Position numbers and translations under genes: made by a program | The notes under the pieces: model-generated | What the model was told of the DNA's origin: nothing | What the model saw: only the letters and a program-made list of their open reading frames with translations | Databases searched by the model: none | Source of the DNA: Lytechinus variegatus | Lineage: Eukaryota | Reading direction: 5' to 3' | Assembly: GCF_018143015.1 (NCBI RefSeq) | Contig: NC_054742.1 | Location: forward strand, 73,449,736 to 73,513,735 | Length of the DNA: 64,000 nucleotides | Shown here: positions 10,414 to 23,738 of the stretch, piece after piece | Layout of the letters: each line of letters starts with the position of its first letter | How positions within the stretch are numbered: position 1 is the stretch's first letter

Positions 10414-12435
10414 ACTTAGAAGGCAGTCAATGTTAATGATATTTGCTTTCAGAGTAAACTAAAAGTATTTCATTGGGTTGTATGTCTTTAGTAAGTGATA
10501 GTAAGGGTTCTTGTGTTTCATGTCCATCCTTGAAACTTGCTTTCATGACCATTTATAAGTGACCATTTATTAATAATAAAATCAAAGAATCACCAAGCCT
10601 GAATTCTTTCAAACATAAATTCAAAATAGGTCTCCAAGATAACCACTGAATTCAACTCTTCATCACTCAAACTCTTGTATTTTTCTAATCAAACATGATT
10701 ATCATTTGACGTACACTTTTCCATCTCTTTCGTTTTCCTGTCGATCAACGAGGTCCGTTTGTGTGCAGGGGCTGGACTCTGGAGACCTTCAATTTCTCTT
10801 TTTCTTATTTCCTTTCTATTTTAATTTCCCCTATTTCTTTTTGATTAAACTGGTTTATGCTCAAGTTGTTATTTTTAAACTACAATAATATTTATTAGGA
10901 GGCTGCACTCTACAAAATCCGCTTTTTAGCAGCCTCCTCCATTTCCAACATGATATGTAATAATCTTGAATATAATTTTTGTACAGGGATACTTGAAATA
11001 TGTTTTGTTATTTATATGCCAAAATGTACAAAACAAACTGTAATCGTTGAAAATGGAAATAAACGAAATTAGATGAAAGGATGACTAAATTTGCGTCATT
11101 ATGGTGATGGTGGAATGGGAGTCCCTAGCGAACGGAATTCTTGTAAGAATATAGCGGTGATGGTCTGATCCGATTTACTGAACATTTATCATAAATTTAG
11201 ACACTAAAGGCATAAGCACTTATTCGAGTCTTTAATAAAATCGGACTTCGGTCCCGCTTGTAGCCTGTGTATGCAATGCGTTAGTCCGCACTTTGCCACT
11301 CTCGACCCAGGTGCTCAATGGGTACCCGGTAGGATGTGAAAGTCATTGTAGCTTGTCCATTGCTGAGTGCGCCTCACCGGCTTCTGACTGGAATACTCTC
11401 GAGGGAGTGGAGTATGTGCACACAATGTATGTGGGAATGTCTGATTGAATCCGATTACCGGGGTAATAATATATCTGTTAAGGCCAACGCACACCTTACG
11501 ACTGTTCGCGATCCGATTTTGGAACCAATCGCATTTTGCTCATTTCCTGAAAATGTGAATGGAACATATCATTTTATTTGAGGTTAAAATTAATTGAAAG
11601 AATACTAAATATAACCATTTAGAAAAATTACAAGCCTTTATTTTGGAGTAAAGGCCAAATTAGTTTCAAATCGTAGCCAATCATACGACTGCTGTGACGT
11701 CATTACGACTAGATATTTAATTCGCTTTTATTCTAAGAAGGATGATAGCATAGAAACAGATTTGAATGTAGGTATTCATACGATGATTTAGAACATAACT
11801 CAGTAAGATAGTCCAAGTCTCAATATTAGCACCACATTCTACTACATTTTATTCTGAAATAGGGTCGTAGACCAATCGTACAAGGTGTGCAGTCGCCTTA
11901 ATGTGCTTAGACACGTCGTTCCGATGTAGTGAGCGCTATATATAAGCGGATCATTATTATTATGTGATATGTTATACATAAAAGCAGTAATATTAGTTAC
12001 TGCTACAGAAAAATGAAATATAATATATACTGAAAAGACCATCTTAATTTCATCCAATACATTATCATGTGTTATATCCACCAGCATATTTCGTGAATGG
12101 AGATTTTAAAAGTCACATGATATATCTCAAAAAGTGTCTGCATGAATTTCATTTTTTTTCTTGCTTGTTGTTTCTTTTTTCATCAATAATATGAACAATT
12201 ATATATTAAATACAAAATGAATCAATGCTCAGTTGTTGTTGTTTTTAAAGTAAGACCTTATTACCTTTCAATATTAGCCTATGCTTTCAATCAATGAAAT
12301 GCCAAAAATTAATAGCTTATTTCTTGCCAGGAGAGCGTTTCATGAAAGGGCTTTTAATCCGACAAGATAAAAATGACTTTGATCACAGCCAATCAAATTC
12401 AAGATCAGGGGGGTGGTCAGAAAGATTTAAGTATG

Positions 12436-13520
12436 ACTTAGGGGGTGTTGCAAGAATCTTGCGATCAATTGCAAGTATATTTTGGTCCCTAAATTCATCA
12501 TATGTCCTGTAGTTAATAACAAATTAGTGATTGAATGCTAATCTGCTCCTCGAAACAAGAAGTTTAATCTGATTTGCTACAGCTAACGTTAATCTATCAG
12601 TAGTGTTGTAAAATTGCAACAGAATATTTGCAATTGATCGCAAATATGTTCTTGCAACACCCAGTCGCACTTATATATCGAGTTGCGCACGGTATGAAAG
12701 GCATGGCCGCATTGGTCAGATCGCGTCAATGATCAATTTTACAAAGTCATTTGAAAAAAAAAAATTACAAGCGAAGTTTCATCAGTTTTTAGTACAAAAT
12801 GTTAGGAAATATTATAGAGAACAAGATAGAAGATGATTACACCTATTGAATTCATAATTTTAGTGTAATCCAAAGAAAAAAAAGAAGGCTTCAAAAATAT
12901 CAAGTGTCCGGACACCCGAATCCCATCGTATATATTATTTTTACGTAATCATAAGGGGGGGGGGTTAAAAAATACTCATGGCAGGGTATGAGTTTTTTTC
13001 TATAACAGATTGAAACCGGATTTTGTCGGAACTATAAATAACTTAAGATTTGTGCAGGGAACTCTATAACTTTATGGTAAGAGAGGAAATTCTGATGATA
13101 TCTTTTAGATTAATGAATACGATGAATAATCTTAAAAAACCCCAAGGGGAAAAATATTAAGACATCCTTGCCATAGGGAAGGGATGCTATCAAGATATGC
13201 TTAATGTGATTTAATCAAGGCAAAATACCATGATGGCTATAATATGATGGATATACTTGAAGTATTCCCACATTGGAAAATGAGGTATAAACTTATCACC
13301 AAATTTGCAATCAATTGCAAATATTCTGTTGCAATTTTACAGTTGACAGATCAAGTTTAGCTGTGAAAATTTGATTACACTTATATTTTGAAGAAGCAGT
13401 TTAGCAAGCAATTGCAAATTCTTGATTAACATTTGAGACTTAGAATTGATTTAGGGACTGGAAATATATTTTCGATTGATCACAAGTTTGTTGCAACACC
13501 CTATAAAAGTGGGCTTGCAA
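12436..13520. mobile_element. Foldback-type / long-TIR non-autonomous element (~230-bp inverted arms, ~620-bp centre)
   Basis: 12436-12665 is the reverse complement of 13290-13520 (for example ttgtaaaattgcaacagaatatttgcaattgatcgcaaatatg versus aaatttgcaatcaattgcaaatattctgttgcaattttacag). The arms are full of ttgcaa sub-palindromes. Confidence 0.65.
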
Positions 13521-13794
13521 CGTTTACTCAAGTTCGCGTCACGGCGCGCTATCTTAACGTATAATATAAAGCTACTGTATTTTCATCTGGGTCACATTTT
13601 GAACACTTACGTCACATTCACACCACCGAAAACAACTTCAGATCGTCCCGACCCAAGGACCTAATGCAAAAATAGTGAAATCAAACGTAACCCTAAAAAT
13701 CGTTCACAACATGATTTTCATCTAATCACTAACACTCATTCGAGACTTGCGCTTGATAAATTTTGACTCGCGTTCAAACGCAACTCTTTGTGTA

Positions 13795-13860
13795 ACGGTG
13801 GGATTTGAAACCCGGACCTTATGGGTGACAGTCCGGAGACTTTTCCACTGGGCGATAATA
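13795..13860 (-). mobile_element. SINE fragment (tRNA-like head only)
   Basis: ggatttgaaacccggacc...gtccggagac..ccactgggc matches the head of the SINE at 29480-29570. Confidence 0.5.
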
Positions 13861-14439
13861 CCTCTGCGTATAACTGTTCACAAAAATACTGTTAAAATCA
13901 AAACTCAATATGTTTTTCTGATCAGATTTTGATGACATTTTTAACGTTTTGATCATTGAACTTTCTCATTTTATTTAGATAATAAAAATTTCAGCCTGGA
14001 GTACACTTTCAATGTCTTAAAAGCCTATCGTATTCCTTCATCTCTTTCCATCCAAAAATAACAAGAACGCCGGGATCCATGGTCATCGAAAAGACGTCTA
14101 AATTTGATGTACTGTATAGTTTATCATTTTAATGACAGTCGTTAATTTTCGGTATCCTTAATATCTATATGTTGGGAAATATTGTAGCCCCATCAGCAAT
14201 ACTTAACTTTTTGAAAATTGTTCCATGAGCTGATAAAACAATTCATCATTCCCGATCATTAAGTATTCATTGGCAGTAGTTCCTCTCCCTCCCCCATCTG
14301 ATCCTAGAGCAATTTATAACTTACCAACTGGGGTCTTTTTTTATTTGCTTTTTGCCAAGGGCCACCGTTTCACTTAGCTTCTTTCGTATCGTTGCTGGTG
14401 TTTTAATTCCATTTACCCTTTTATTTCACACACGCCATA

Positions 14440-14540
14440 ATAATTCATTGATCAAATTACTTCAAAAAAATCAAATATTGATCAAATTACTTCAAATAAA
14501 ATAATTTATTGATCAAATTACTTCAAATTACTTCAAACGC
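14440..14540. repeat. Minisatellite (~33-bp unit x3: ...ttgatcaaattacttcaaa...)
   Basis: Direct repeats visible at 14448, 14479 and 14512. Confidence 0.75.
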
Positions 14541-14679
14541 CTATTCTATTTTATTGAGCAATTATGTTATTAATTATTATCACCCATTCACATTTGTATT
14601 TTTTCATCCTCTTTACTAATTGCTTTGTTTTTTTTATTGTTATCGTTGATTAATTATTGAAAAATTGGAAAGGTAATGA

Positions 14680-14780
14680 AAAGAGAAAGAAAGGAAGGAA
14701 GGAAGAAAGAAAGAAAGAAATGAATAGAGAGAAAGTTTTGTGTGTGTATGTCAGAGAAAGAGAGAGAGAGAGAGAGAGCG
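14680..14780. repeat. (GAAA)n/(GGAA)n and (GA)n microsatellites
   Basis: gaaagaaaggaaggaaggaagaaagaaagaaagaaa ... gagagagagagagagag. Confidence 0.85.
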
Positions 14781-16527
14781 GATAAAAAAGATCGATTATC
14801 TTTCTTTGACATAGAAATAATAAAAACAATCGAAAACGCCTTTGTATCTATTTGTAGGTTCTCTTCAGTATTTAACTGCCATATAACGATTAAAATGTCT
14901 ATAATATACATTCTACTCATGAACTTAAGGGAAAAGTGTTATTTTACTTACACTATCCCTTACAAAGGGTCCTCAAACAATCGACCTTTGTCAAAATAAT
15001 GATGAATTTAAAAAAAGTGATACGCATCGCTATGAAATTGATACGTGATACGCATAAAGATTTGCGATCCAGCGAAAACTAGAATCGGCTGTAGAGGCGT
15101 ACGTCACAACAAAGCAAGATTTTTCTCTTACGTTTGGTATCTTTCTTTTCACTGTCGAATAATTGACGGAAAAGTGAGGCGACGAATTTTTCGTCACACG
15201 TGCGGCACCGTCCACATGTCCCATGGTCCTCGAGTTCTCCCACGGATCAAAACAAAAACAAAAAAAAATTGTCAAAGCTTTCATAAGATTATCTCGATCA
15301 TCGGGCGAAGATTTGCCTTAATCTGATACACAACGAAAGTGTGGATATGAGCAATGGGCCCCAAATAAGAAAATCTTAAAAGATTCGCTTATATGTTTAA
15401 TCCATCAGCCTTAAAAAAAGTAATGTTGGAGGGTTCATGGATGTATCATTTTTTTTTCTTATTCATCTCTGTCCTACTTTTATTTTTCATGCTCATTCCT
15501 TCTGCTCTTTCTTTCGTCCTTCTCTTTTACATTCTTTTAAACTTTTCCTTTTTTATGTGACCATTTATTTAATATCTACCTATTTTTCAATAATATCTTG
15601 TTAAGAGATAAGTATTACCATTGTAATATGTTTACTGAAGGAAATGATTTCATATGCATAATTATCAATGGCATAATGGAGATTTAAAAACTGCGGGAGA
15701 CAGAAGAGGCGTATGGGGTAAAAAAAATGCTAAATACATTTAAAAAATAAAGTTTTAACCGTTTCAAAACGGTTAAAAAAACCTTTTGACCCTTTCAAAA
15801 TTGAAATCTTATTTGCTAAAGATTATGACATATCATTCAGAAAATAATATTGTATTTTCCCCTTAAGCCCCCCCCCCCCCCGCCTTCCCCATAACCCCGT
15901 GACTCAGTGATATTACCCTTCGTTTTTACCCATTTATTTCACTATAATATGAAAGTAGACTAGAAAAAAATCACTGTGATTATTTTAGACTCGGTTATTT
16001 CGCTCGCTTGATTTGATCATTGGCAATTCTTTATTGACCATAAAAACCCTTTATTACATCACCTCTTTCCTGAAGTATTTTATTTTACGCCATGCTTTTC
16101 TTCTCACTTCCTTCGCTCTCTTACACATGAAATGTAAACGAACACAAACGAATTGTTTACCGTTTGAGTATATGCAATAGAATCTCACAGAAAAAGATCC
16201 AGGAAACAAATTCCGTAAAAACATTTTGTTTAATGTATTAGGGGTAGCACCATGCAGTACATTAGGGAGCGAGATAAAGATAAGGTAGGCCCAATTCTTA
16301 TGAGGTCACCTTTCCTTATTTTGCTTCATCTTTTCTCCTCTCTTTTCACTACTCGCCCTGCCCCTCTGAAGCACTACCATTTACAAGTTGAAAAGGAGAA
16401 ACGGTGCCCCGTTTTCAAGAAATAGCCCTCATTTTGTTAGGTGTGTGCGAAAAATATTCCAGATAGACATTGTTTCAATTCCCCAACTATTCTCCGGTTT
16501 ATCGGCCAACTCGGTAATCTCATACTT

Positions 16528-17001
16528 GGACCCCGTCTAACAAAGAGTTACGATTGATCCGATCAACCACAACTATGGAAAGCCAACAACGTCGACATCT
16601 AAAATGCGTGTTTGCTCAAAATGTTTATCTTGATTACGATGAAAAGCTTATTTAGAAAATATGTTTGTGCCATGTTTCAGACTCGTAGGGGTAAGAAGGG
16701 GGAGGGGTAGAAGGGGAAAGGGTAAGGGAAAACAATTTCAACTTGATAACTATGTCTGGGGAGTGAACTTTAACTTCATCTTTCAATAGACGACGCGGAG
16801 CGCAGCTTGAACCCAAGGGCGGCGGAGTGAAGAAATGATGTGTATTTATACATTCAACGTTTTCCTGACAATTAAGTATTCTTCTCTTTGTTTTCAAAGG
16901 ACATTGAGCAAATTTCATAACGAAAAATTATGACATTGATGGATTTCCATATACTTGAGATTGATCGGATCAATCGTAATTCCTTGTAAGACGAGGCCCG
17001 G
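16528..17001. mobile_element. MITE with ~40-bp TIR GG(A/G)CC(C/T)CGTCT(A/T)ACAA(A/G)GA(G/A)TTACGATTGATCCGATCAA
   Basis: 16528-16575 is the reverse complement of 16955-17001. Solo ends of the same family occur at 49004-49060 and 57521-57590. Confidence 0.65.
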
Positions 17002-20000
17002 ATCTTCACGACATCCTGGAGATCAGAAAGGGGGATTACACTTTGACTCTACATTAATATAAAATTCACTACACAACCACCATTTTTATGGTTCACTCTT
17101 AATGTGTCACTTGTTATTTATTGTTATCTATTCCTAGAAACATACATATCATACTACTGTGTACAGTAGGCGATGATACAAGAGCATGGAGTTCTATTTA
17201 TCATTCCAGTATTCGAGTTGTTCTACATCTTCAGTAGATTCGCTTATAATCTACTGGAATAGCGAACCGTCTTAAGGTAGAATAGCAGATTCTGAAAAGT
17301 TGAATAACAATGAAAAATGATTTTTTTTAAATATATCTACTCTTTTTTGCCCTGATGTATTGAAGGAGGTAAAATGCAATTCAGCTTAAATTGCCCCGGT
17401 TATTTTCTTATTCCCAGAAAGGTTATTATTTGCATTGTAATACATATGCCGATATAAAATAAACTTCAAAACGTGAAAGTAGGTCAAGACATTTAGAAAC
17501 TTCAACGAATATGGGCTGGAAATAACCATATCACTGAATATGTTTTAAGGAGGAATTCCCTCCTACTAGTTCTACATCTACGTCAGATCGTGATTTTCCA
17601 AAGTAGGTATCGATAAGAGACTATATACTAAGATAGAAATTTGAAAGTTACATACAAGCCAATGGACGTGGTTTTCACAAAATAATATGCGAGTTCCGAA
17701 TGATTTCACGCAAGACTGGTGATTATTTTTGACAAAGCAATATTTGGAAAATTTGATACCAGCCCCCCCCCCCAAAAAAAAAACAATCAATATAGAAAAT
17801 GGTCATAATTCCCTTCATTATTACATACAGGCCTCTAGGCAGGGCCTTATGAAACTCATGTACAAGCTTCCAATCATCGCATTCGATCGATTTATAGAAG
17901 AAATTACACCCCATTTGTTAATGTCTCCATCTCCTATATATAACTTTTAGATGAATACATGACTTGTGTTTAATTTTCATGATGAGAATTTGAGAAGATG
18001 CTGGGCTCCAAGCGCTCGGATGACAATTTTGATCTGAAGGTTCAGTCAAAATGGGGTAGAGTAGATGCTCCTACATACGTGTAGACCTAGGCCACGAGAA
18101 AGGCAGGAATAGATAGAGGAGACGTGCATGAGGGAGGGCTAGAATAACATGAAGGAGAAAGAGGGGAAGAGTATAGAAGCAATGGCATTAATAGAGGGAG
18201 AATAAATTCAATACAGCAGGATGGTGTCATAGCCGGGTGAGATGTTGTTAAAGCCCCCCACACCTAACCGAATTGCCTGAAATATGCATTGCGATGGCTG
18301 GCGAAAGGCATTTTTAAAAATAGTTTTCAATGGGAACTGATAGTAAATCATATTTACTCTTCGTGTTTGGGTTCGTAAACCTTCTGAACTAACAGCTGCG
18401 ATTATTCAAATTCGCGCGGAAATTTTGAACATGTTTAAAATTTTCCGACGAATTAAGAAATCGTTTGTCATTCATTCTGTTTGCATTCGCATCTCTTATT
18501 TAGTCTGTGGTAATCGTTGGTTTATCGTGTTATTGTCGCACATAGTTCCCCATCGCGCTTTTGCCAAAGTGGACCGATCTCGAAAGAACCCTTCACGAAG
18601 CAACACGATGAAACTACAAGAACGCCCGATCTATTTCCTCGTCTTCGTTTCTAATCACACGCCATATCAAACCATTGGTCATTCTTTGTTCGTCTTATTG
18701 GGCTATATCAACCCTTCGCTCGCATTCGGCTGCAATTTATTCAAAGAGGTGAACAGAAAATCGACATCCTGGGCATGTCATAATTATCCTTCGCTTACCG
18801 TTCGTTAATAAAATTTGACAATAGTAATTACTGATCGCATGAATTGACGGAAATTTATTTGAATTCGTTGAATTCGCGTCCATTTCGTGCATTTTTCCCA
18901 TTCGTCAACCTTCGTCCGCCTACATTCGGTCAGGTGTCAGGGGGCTTTAAGGCAAATGATGATATGTATACCACATTGTACCATACTTTATGGTCACTTT
19001 AAAAGTTGATAAGTGACAAAAAAAAACATTCTGCTGTTGAAGAAAAATTGCAGTACTAAGTAAAACATTACATCCCTTAATTACAATAAGACTATGGACC
19101 GGAGTCCGAAAATCTTGGAGGTCAATTACGTTCTCTGCCTTTCTTTTCATTGATAAAATTACTGCAACAAATTGTAGTTTTGTTTAATTTATATTCAACA
19201 TTTGTTGCAAAATGTCATTGATTTGTTTGTATTATCTATTATATTGAATATGTATTGTTACTTTGATTGTATTTTGAAAAAATTGTTGAACGGAAATAAA
19301 TAAATCTAAAATCTAAATCCATGAAAATATAGAGCCTCCCTTTCGACCTTGGACGTCAAGGGTTCGAGACCCCATAATCAATCACGATATAAAGATCTTG
19401 ACCTTCTGTCTAAAAGTTAAGAGCTCGGCATGTTAAAATAGATATCATGGACTTACATCAGAGGATAAAAAGGAATTATGCTCTGCAAAAACCCTATAGA
19501 CCAAGTTAATATAATCAACGTGGCTACCACCATGACCACTATAGCGTACCTAAGGGGGAGGGCATAATAAATTGTAATGTCAAAATGCAATGAAAACAGA
19601 CGTGTGTCCCGTATTTTGAACCTGAAGACCTTTTGTTTTGCTTGTCAATTTTTTTCTGTTAAAAAATCCTTGGGGGGGGGGTGAACACCTTTCTTTTTCG
19701 TTTTTTTTTTTGCTCGTCAAATTTTTTCGCGGACGAAATATCCTCCAAAAAATTTGCCCCCCTTTTGGAAAATCCTAAGTTCGCCAGTGGTGGCAACCGT
19801 ATAAAAAAAACTTAATAAATCATTATTATCATGATTATTCACATAATTCTTTGCCCAATCATATTTTTTAATGATTGTGTTGATATCGTTGTTAGATGGT
19901 CATGCTATTGATGCTTTCAGAATGAAACATAAAATTTAGAAGACAACCAGTCTGATCAAATTAACTAAGGAAATCCGTGATGTATATTACATGTCCTTAT

Positions 20001-20699
20001 AATATAACTCTCATACCATTCTATTTTACATTCAAATTGAATTTTTTCCGAGCGAGCAAATCACAAATCTACATATCATTCAATCTGCAAATTAGTTACG
20101 AATTTCGCCTTTAAATTGAATAAACTCGAGCGTAATTTGCATTAGTCATGACATTAATTACACTTAAAATAAAATACAAAAGTCTGCAGTCTCGTCTGCA
20201 TTATGCAATTCATACATGTAGTGATACTGTAAATTTGAAACTTTTCTCTCTTTTATTTTACATTTGAAAATTTAATGCAATAATCCATGGCCACTATTAT
20301 TGAAAATGTAAATTATTGGTGCTCACTAATGCTGTTATAAAGAAATGTTCACTGAAAAGGAAATTGTCAAGCCCTAATATTGAATTTAAGTCATGATTAT
20401 CATTCAATGTTCATGAGAAAATATGCATATACACTTGCAACATATAAATGGCAGATATTCCTTTACATAATTACGACAAGTTTCAATGAATAAGGAAATG
20501 AATGGTTATAGCCATTTACTTTTAAAATTTGTAATCACCAAATACATAAAATAAAGAAATTACTACAAAATCATTTACAAAACTAATGGTCATAATTTAT
20601 GCAGTATATGATCATGATATGTGACAAGTGGAACGCATCTGATCTGACAGTCTCACCTGTATTACGCGATCAAATTTAGCAGCAGTGCTGACTTTGAAA

Positions 20700-21262
20700 A
20701 CAACTATCGAATAATTATTATTCACAAAAACACCATTCATATGATGTTTATTGACCCTAAATGACCTTTGACCTTAGTTATATGACGTGAAACTCACTCT
20801 GCATGTTTACTGATATATGATTGCTCGTATGTCCAAGTTTCTTGAACTAGATCTATAAACTTTTAAAGTTATGATGGCAATTCAACAAATAACCCCTACA
20901 TGGCCAAAGTTCATTGAACCTCATGACCTTTGCCATGTGATCTTATGTTCAGTGATATACCACTACCCTTGTGTCCAAGTTTCATGAACTGGATTCATAA
21001 ACTTTCAAAGTTATGACGACATTTCAAAAACTTAACCTTAGTTAAGATTTTGATGTTGATTCCTACAACATGATATGTTAATTCACCCTAAATGACCTTT
21101 GAACTTGGAAATGTAACCTGAAACACCGGCATGATATTCAACAACACTTGATTAATCTTATGTCTAGGTTTCATGAACTAAGTCCGTAGACTTTTTCAGT
21201 TATAATATTTCAAAAACTTAACCTTGGTTAAGATTTTAATGTTGACGACGCCGCCGTCGGAT
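20700..21262 (+). repeat. Three tandem, diverged ~190-bp units of a dispersed repeat family (called R1 here)
   Basis: Units carry ...aaatgacctttgacc...tgtccaagtttcatgaact...aaagttatga... The same family is present at 36240-36420 and 48590-48900. Confidence 0.65.
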
Positions 21263-21269
21263 AAAACGG

Positions 21270-22578
21270 CGCATACACAGTGCGCATAAAAAACGGGACA
21301 GTTTTGAAAAGTCTATAAAAAATGTTTCAAATTATCATATCTATATTTTGATGTTAAAAGATGCTCTGAGATGTTATCTTTGAAATTCCATATAAAAATA
21401 TTTTTTTATACTTGAGCGTACGGGGGACGTTTTTGTCGGGGGTTCAAAAGGAAGCTTGCGCCAAAATGGCAGAAAATGGGAGAAATTTGATGATTAGAAT
21501 TTTGGCTAATCAGCAGACTTCCTCTTAATATTTTCATTGTCTTTGCCATAATTTTTCAAATTATGCTGTCAGACTTCGTTTAAAAATTTATTTATTTACC
21601 TGAATTATTTTTTTTTTCATTTAAACTTCTTTTACCTTTGAATTTTTCTTCATAAGTAAGACAAGAAGACTTTTTGCCAACCCAAGTAAGAAGATTATTT
21701 ATTGGGAGAATTTATAATTATTCAAATCCTGTTATTATGTGAACAAATTATGTTCTGGTACCTATAAAATACATGAATCCTATTTTCAAGGGGTTATTGA
21801 ATTCTTCACCAAGTTTATGTGCTTGACAGGACAAACAGGAAAGGATTCATGTCTTCCAATGGCAATGATGTATTGAGTCAATTTTGAAGGAGAAGATATG
21901 GCAGATCGGGTAAAATGTATTAAAAGTTGTGAAGCCATCAAGCAAAAATTTCAACTTTTTTTATTAAAATATAAAATTGTGTGATTTTGACATAATATTC
22001 AGAAAATGATACCATATTTCACTTTCTATGTGGTCTGTTATTTTCCTTCCACTTTTTTACTTGGTCATGATTTTTTTTTTGGGGGGGAGCACCCGAAGCC
22101 CCTACCCAACAGTATGCCACTGTTCAAAGGAACCATAACCTTTGTAGCACACAATGAAAGGATTTGAAGAAAAAAAACACGCTCTCCCATACTTCGGTTT
22201 AAAAAAGCTAAAAGAGAACATAATAAAGAGAAACAAAAGAAAAATTGAAGCAAATAAGTACATTTGGAAATGGATTTTGACCGCATAATTAGAAAACTAT
22301 GGCAAAGATAATGAAAAGGTTAAGAGGAAGTCTGCTGATTAACAAGAAGTCCAACCATCATTTTATGCCATTTTGGCGCAAGACTCCTTTTTAACTCAAG
22401 ACAAAAACATTCCGTGTTCGCTCAAGCATAAACGAAACTAAATAATTTTAATGGCATTTGAAGGATAATACTTCAGAGCATCTATTGACACCAAAATATA
22501 AAGATCATGATTTAAAACAAAAATTGTATAGACTTCAAATTTGTCCCGTTTTTTTTATACGCACTGTATAGTCTCGCT
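21270..22578. mobile_element. Long-TIR (~300-bp arms) non-autonomous element belonging to the R1 family
   Basis: 21270-21560 is the reverse complement of 22285-22578 (for example gcgccaaaatggcagaaaatgggag...aatcagcagacttcctcttaa versus ttaagaggaagtctgctgattaac...ccattttggcgc, and tgcgcataaaaaacgggacag versus ctgtcccgttttttttatacgca). Confidence 0.65.
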
Positions 22579-22734
22579 CTGCTATGCGTACACACACACA
22601 TTTTCATTATATATTTTTTTAATTTATTCTTTAACAAGTGTAAATCTAGTTACCAGTAATGCATATAGCATTCTTATTTATTTGAAAGCAGGATAAAAGA
22701 TCATTGATTGAATGCCTTGCTCATGGCATATGTG

Positions 22735-22835
22735 CCGCGAATCGAAGTTCATCGAAACCCGGACTTTCCTGTATATAGCCAGGCGCCTTAGACCACTCGG
22801 CCGCGGCACCCCATGGAAGAACAGCGGTATTATGT
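22735..22835 (-). pseudogene. tRNA-like sequence (SINE head or tRNA pseudogene)
   Basis: The minus strand reads gccgcggccgagtggtctaaggcgcc...tccgggtttcga...tcgcggca. The D-arm and acceptor ends look like a tRNA, but the anticodon and T arms do not fold. Confidence 0.3.
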
Positions 22836-23015
22836 TAATACCGCTGAAATGGGCAATCCTCCATATTTTATTTGACGATTTTGCTTTTTCTTTTTGTAAT
22901 TTGACAATGTATATATTTTTGTTTTATGTGGAAATAAATACAAACAAACAAACATACACACACCCAACCGTCATACACTTAAATATCTATGTATTTTTTT
23001 AAAGCCAATTAGTCA

Positions 23016-23738
23016 ATGTAAATGCACGAGTGCGTTAGTGGAAATGCAGAGCACGCGAGGTTTCTTTAGATAGGTGCCACACTGTGCACGAGCCGCTTTC
23101 GGCGAGTGCCAAGTGTGCACCATCCCCGGGGGGGGGGCACTCGACCAAAAAAGTGGTAGGATGTGCCGCGGGCGAGACAAAAAACGGGGGCCTTGGAGCG
23201 GGCTTATTGTAAAAATGAGGGTCCTCGGAACGGGCTTCTGAACTACAATTTTGTGAAAACGGGGGTCCTTGGAACGGATCGCCAGCGTGTGAGTACGTGC
23301 ATATGCACCCTATGGAACGGGCATCTGTGCATGATGCAGCCGCAGCGCGGCCTCCACTGGGTGCGCTCGGGCAGAGACGATGGTCGGACAGCGCTCGGCG
23401 GCCGCTTTTCACCAAAATTGCAGCAGATCAATGCAACCGGAACGGCGTAACGAAAAATATGCGAAGCTTTGGAGCGGATTTCTTTCTTCTTCTTTCTCGA
23501 TAAGAACAAAATGCTATGCCTTGAAGCGGCTTTTTTTTTTTTTTTTTTTTTTCTCAATAAGACAAAAATGCTATGCCTTGGAACGGAAATTTGGGTGTGA
23601 AAAATGGGGGTCCCCTCCGCGGCACATACCCACTATGCATTATATACTGAGTGCCCCCCGGGGGTACCATCTGAAGAAATCAAGCTTTCTCTGCATTTAC
23701 TCTGCATTTCTCTGCACGACAGAGCGAGTGCATTATTT
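23016..23738. mobile_element. TIR-bounded GC-rich element whose interior carries about 8 copies of a CCTTGGAACGG-like motif
   Basis: Outer inverted repeats are aatgcacgagtgcg..ggaaatgcagag (23020-23060) versus ctctgcatttctctgcacgacagagcgagtgcatt (23690-23735). Inner inverted repeats are ccccggggggggggcactc (23125) versus gagtgccccccgggggtacc (23652). The interior has repeated (a)aaa(c/t)gggggtcc(t/c)(t/c)ggaacgg motifs. Confidence 0.55.

Noticed and set aside
18425-18808. 127-codon ORF in AT-rich DNA as a host gene
   Set aside because: No recognisable motif. The composition is typical of intergenic DNA, and no splice-site or promoter context supports it.
22735-22835. A bona fide tRNA gene
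   Set aside because: Acceptor-stem and D-arm-like segments are present, but I cannot form the anticodon and T arms. A SINE head or tRNA pseudogene is more likely. tRNAscan-SE would settle it.
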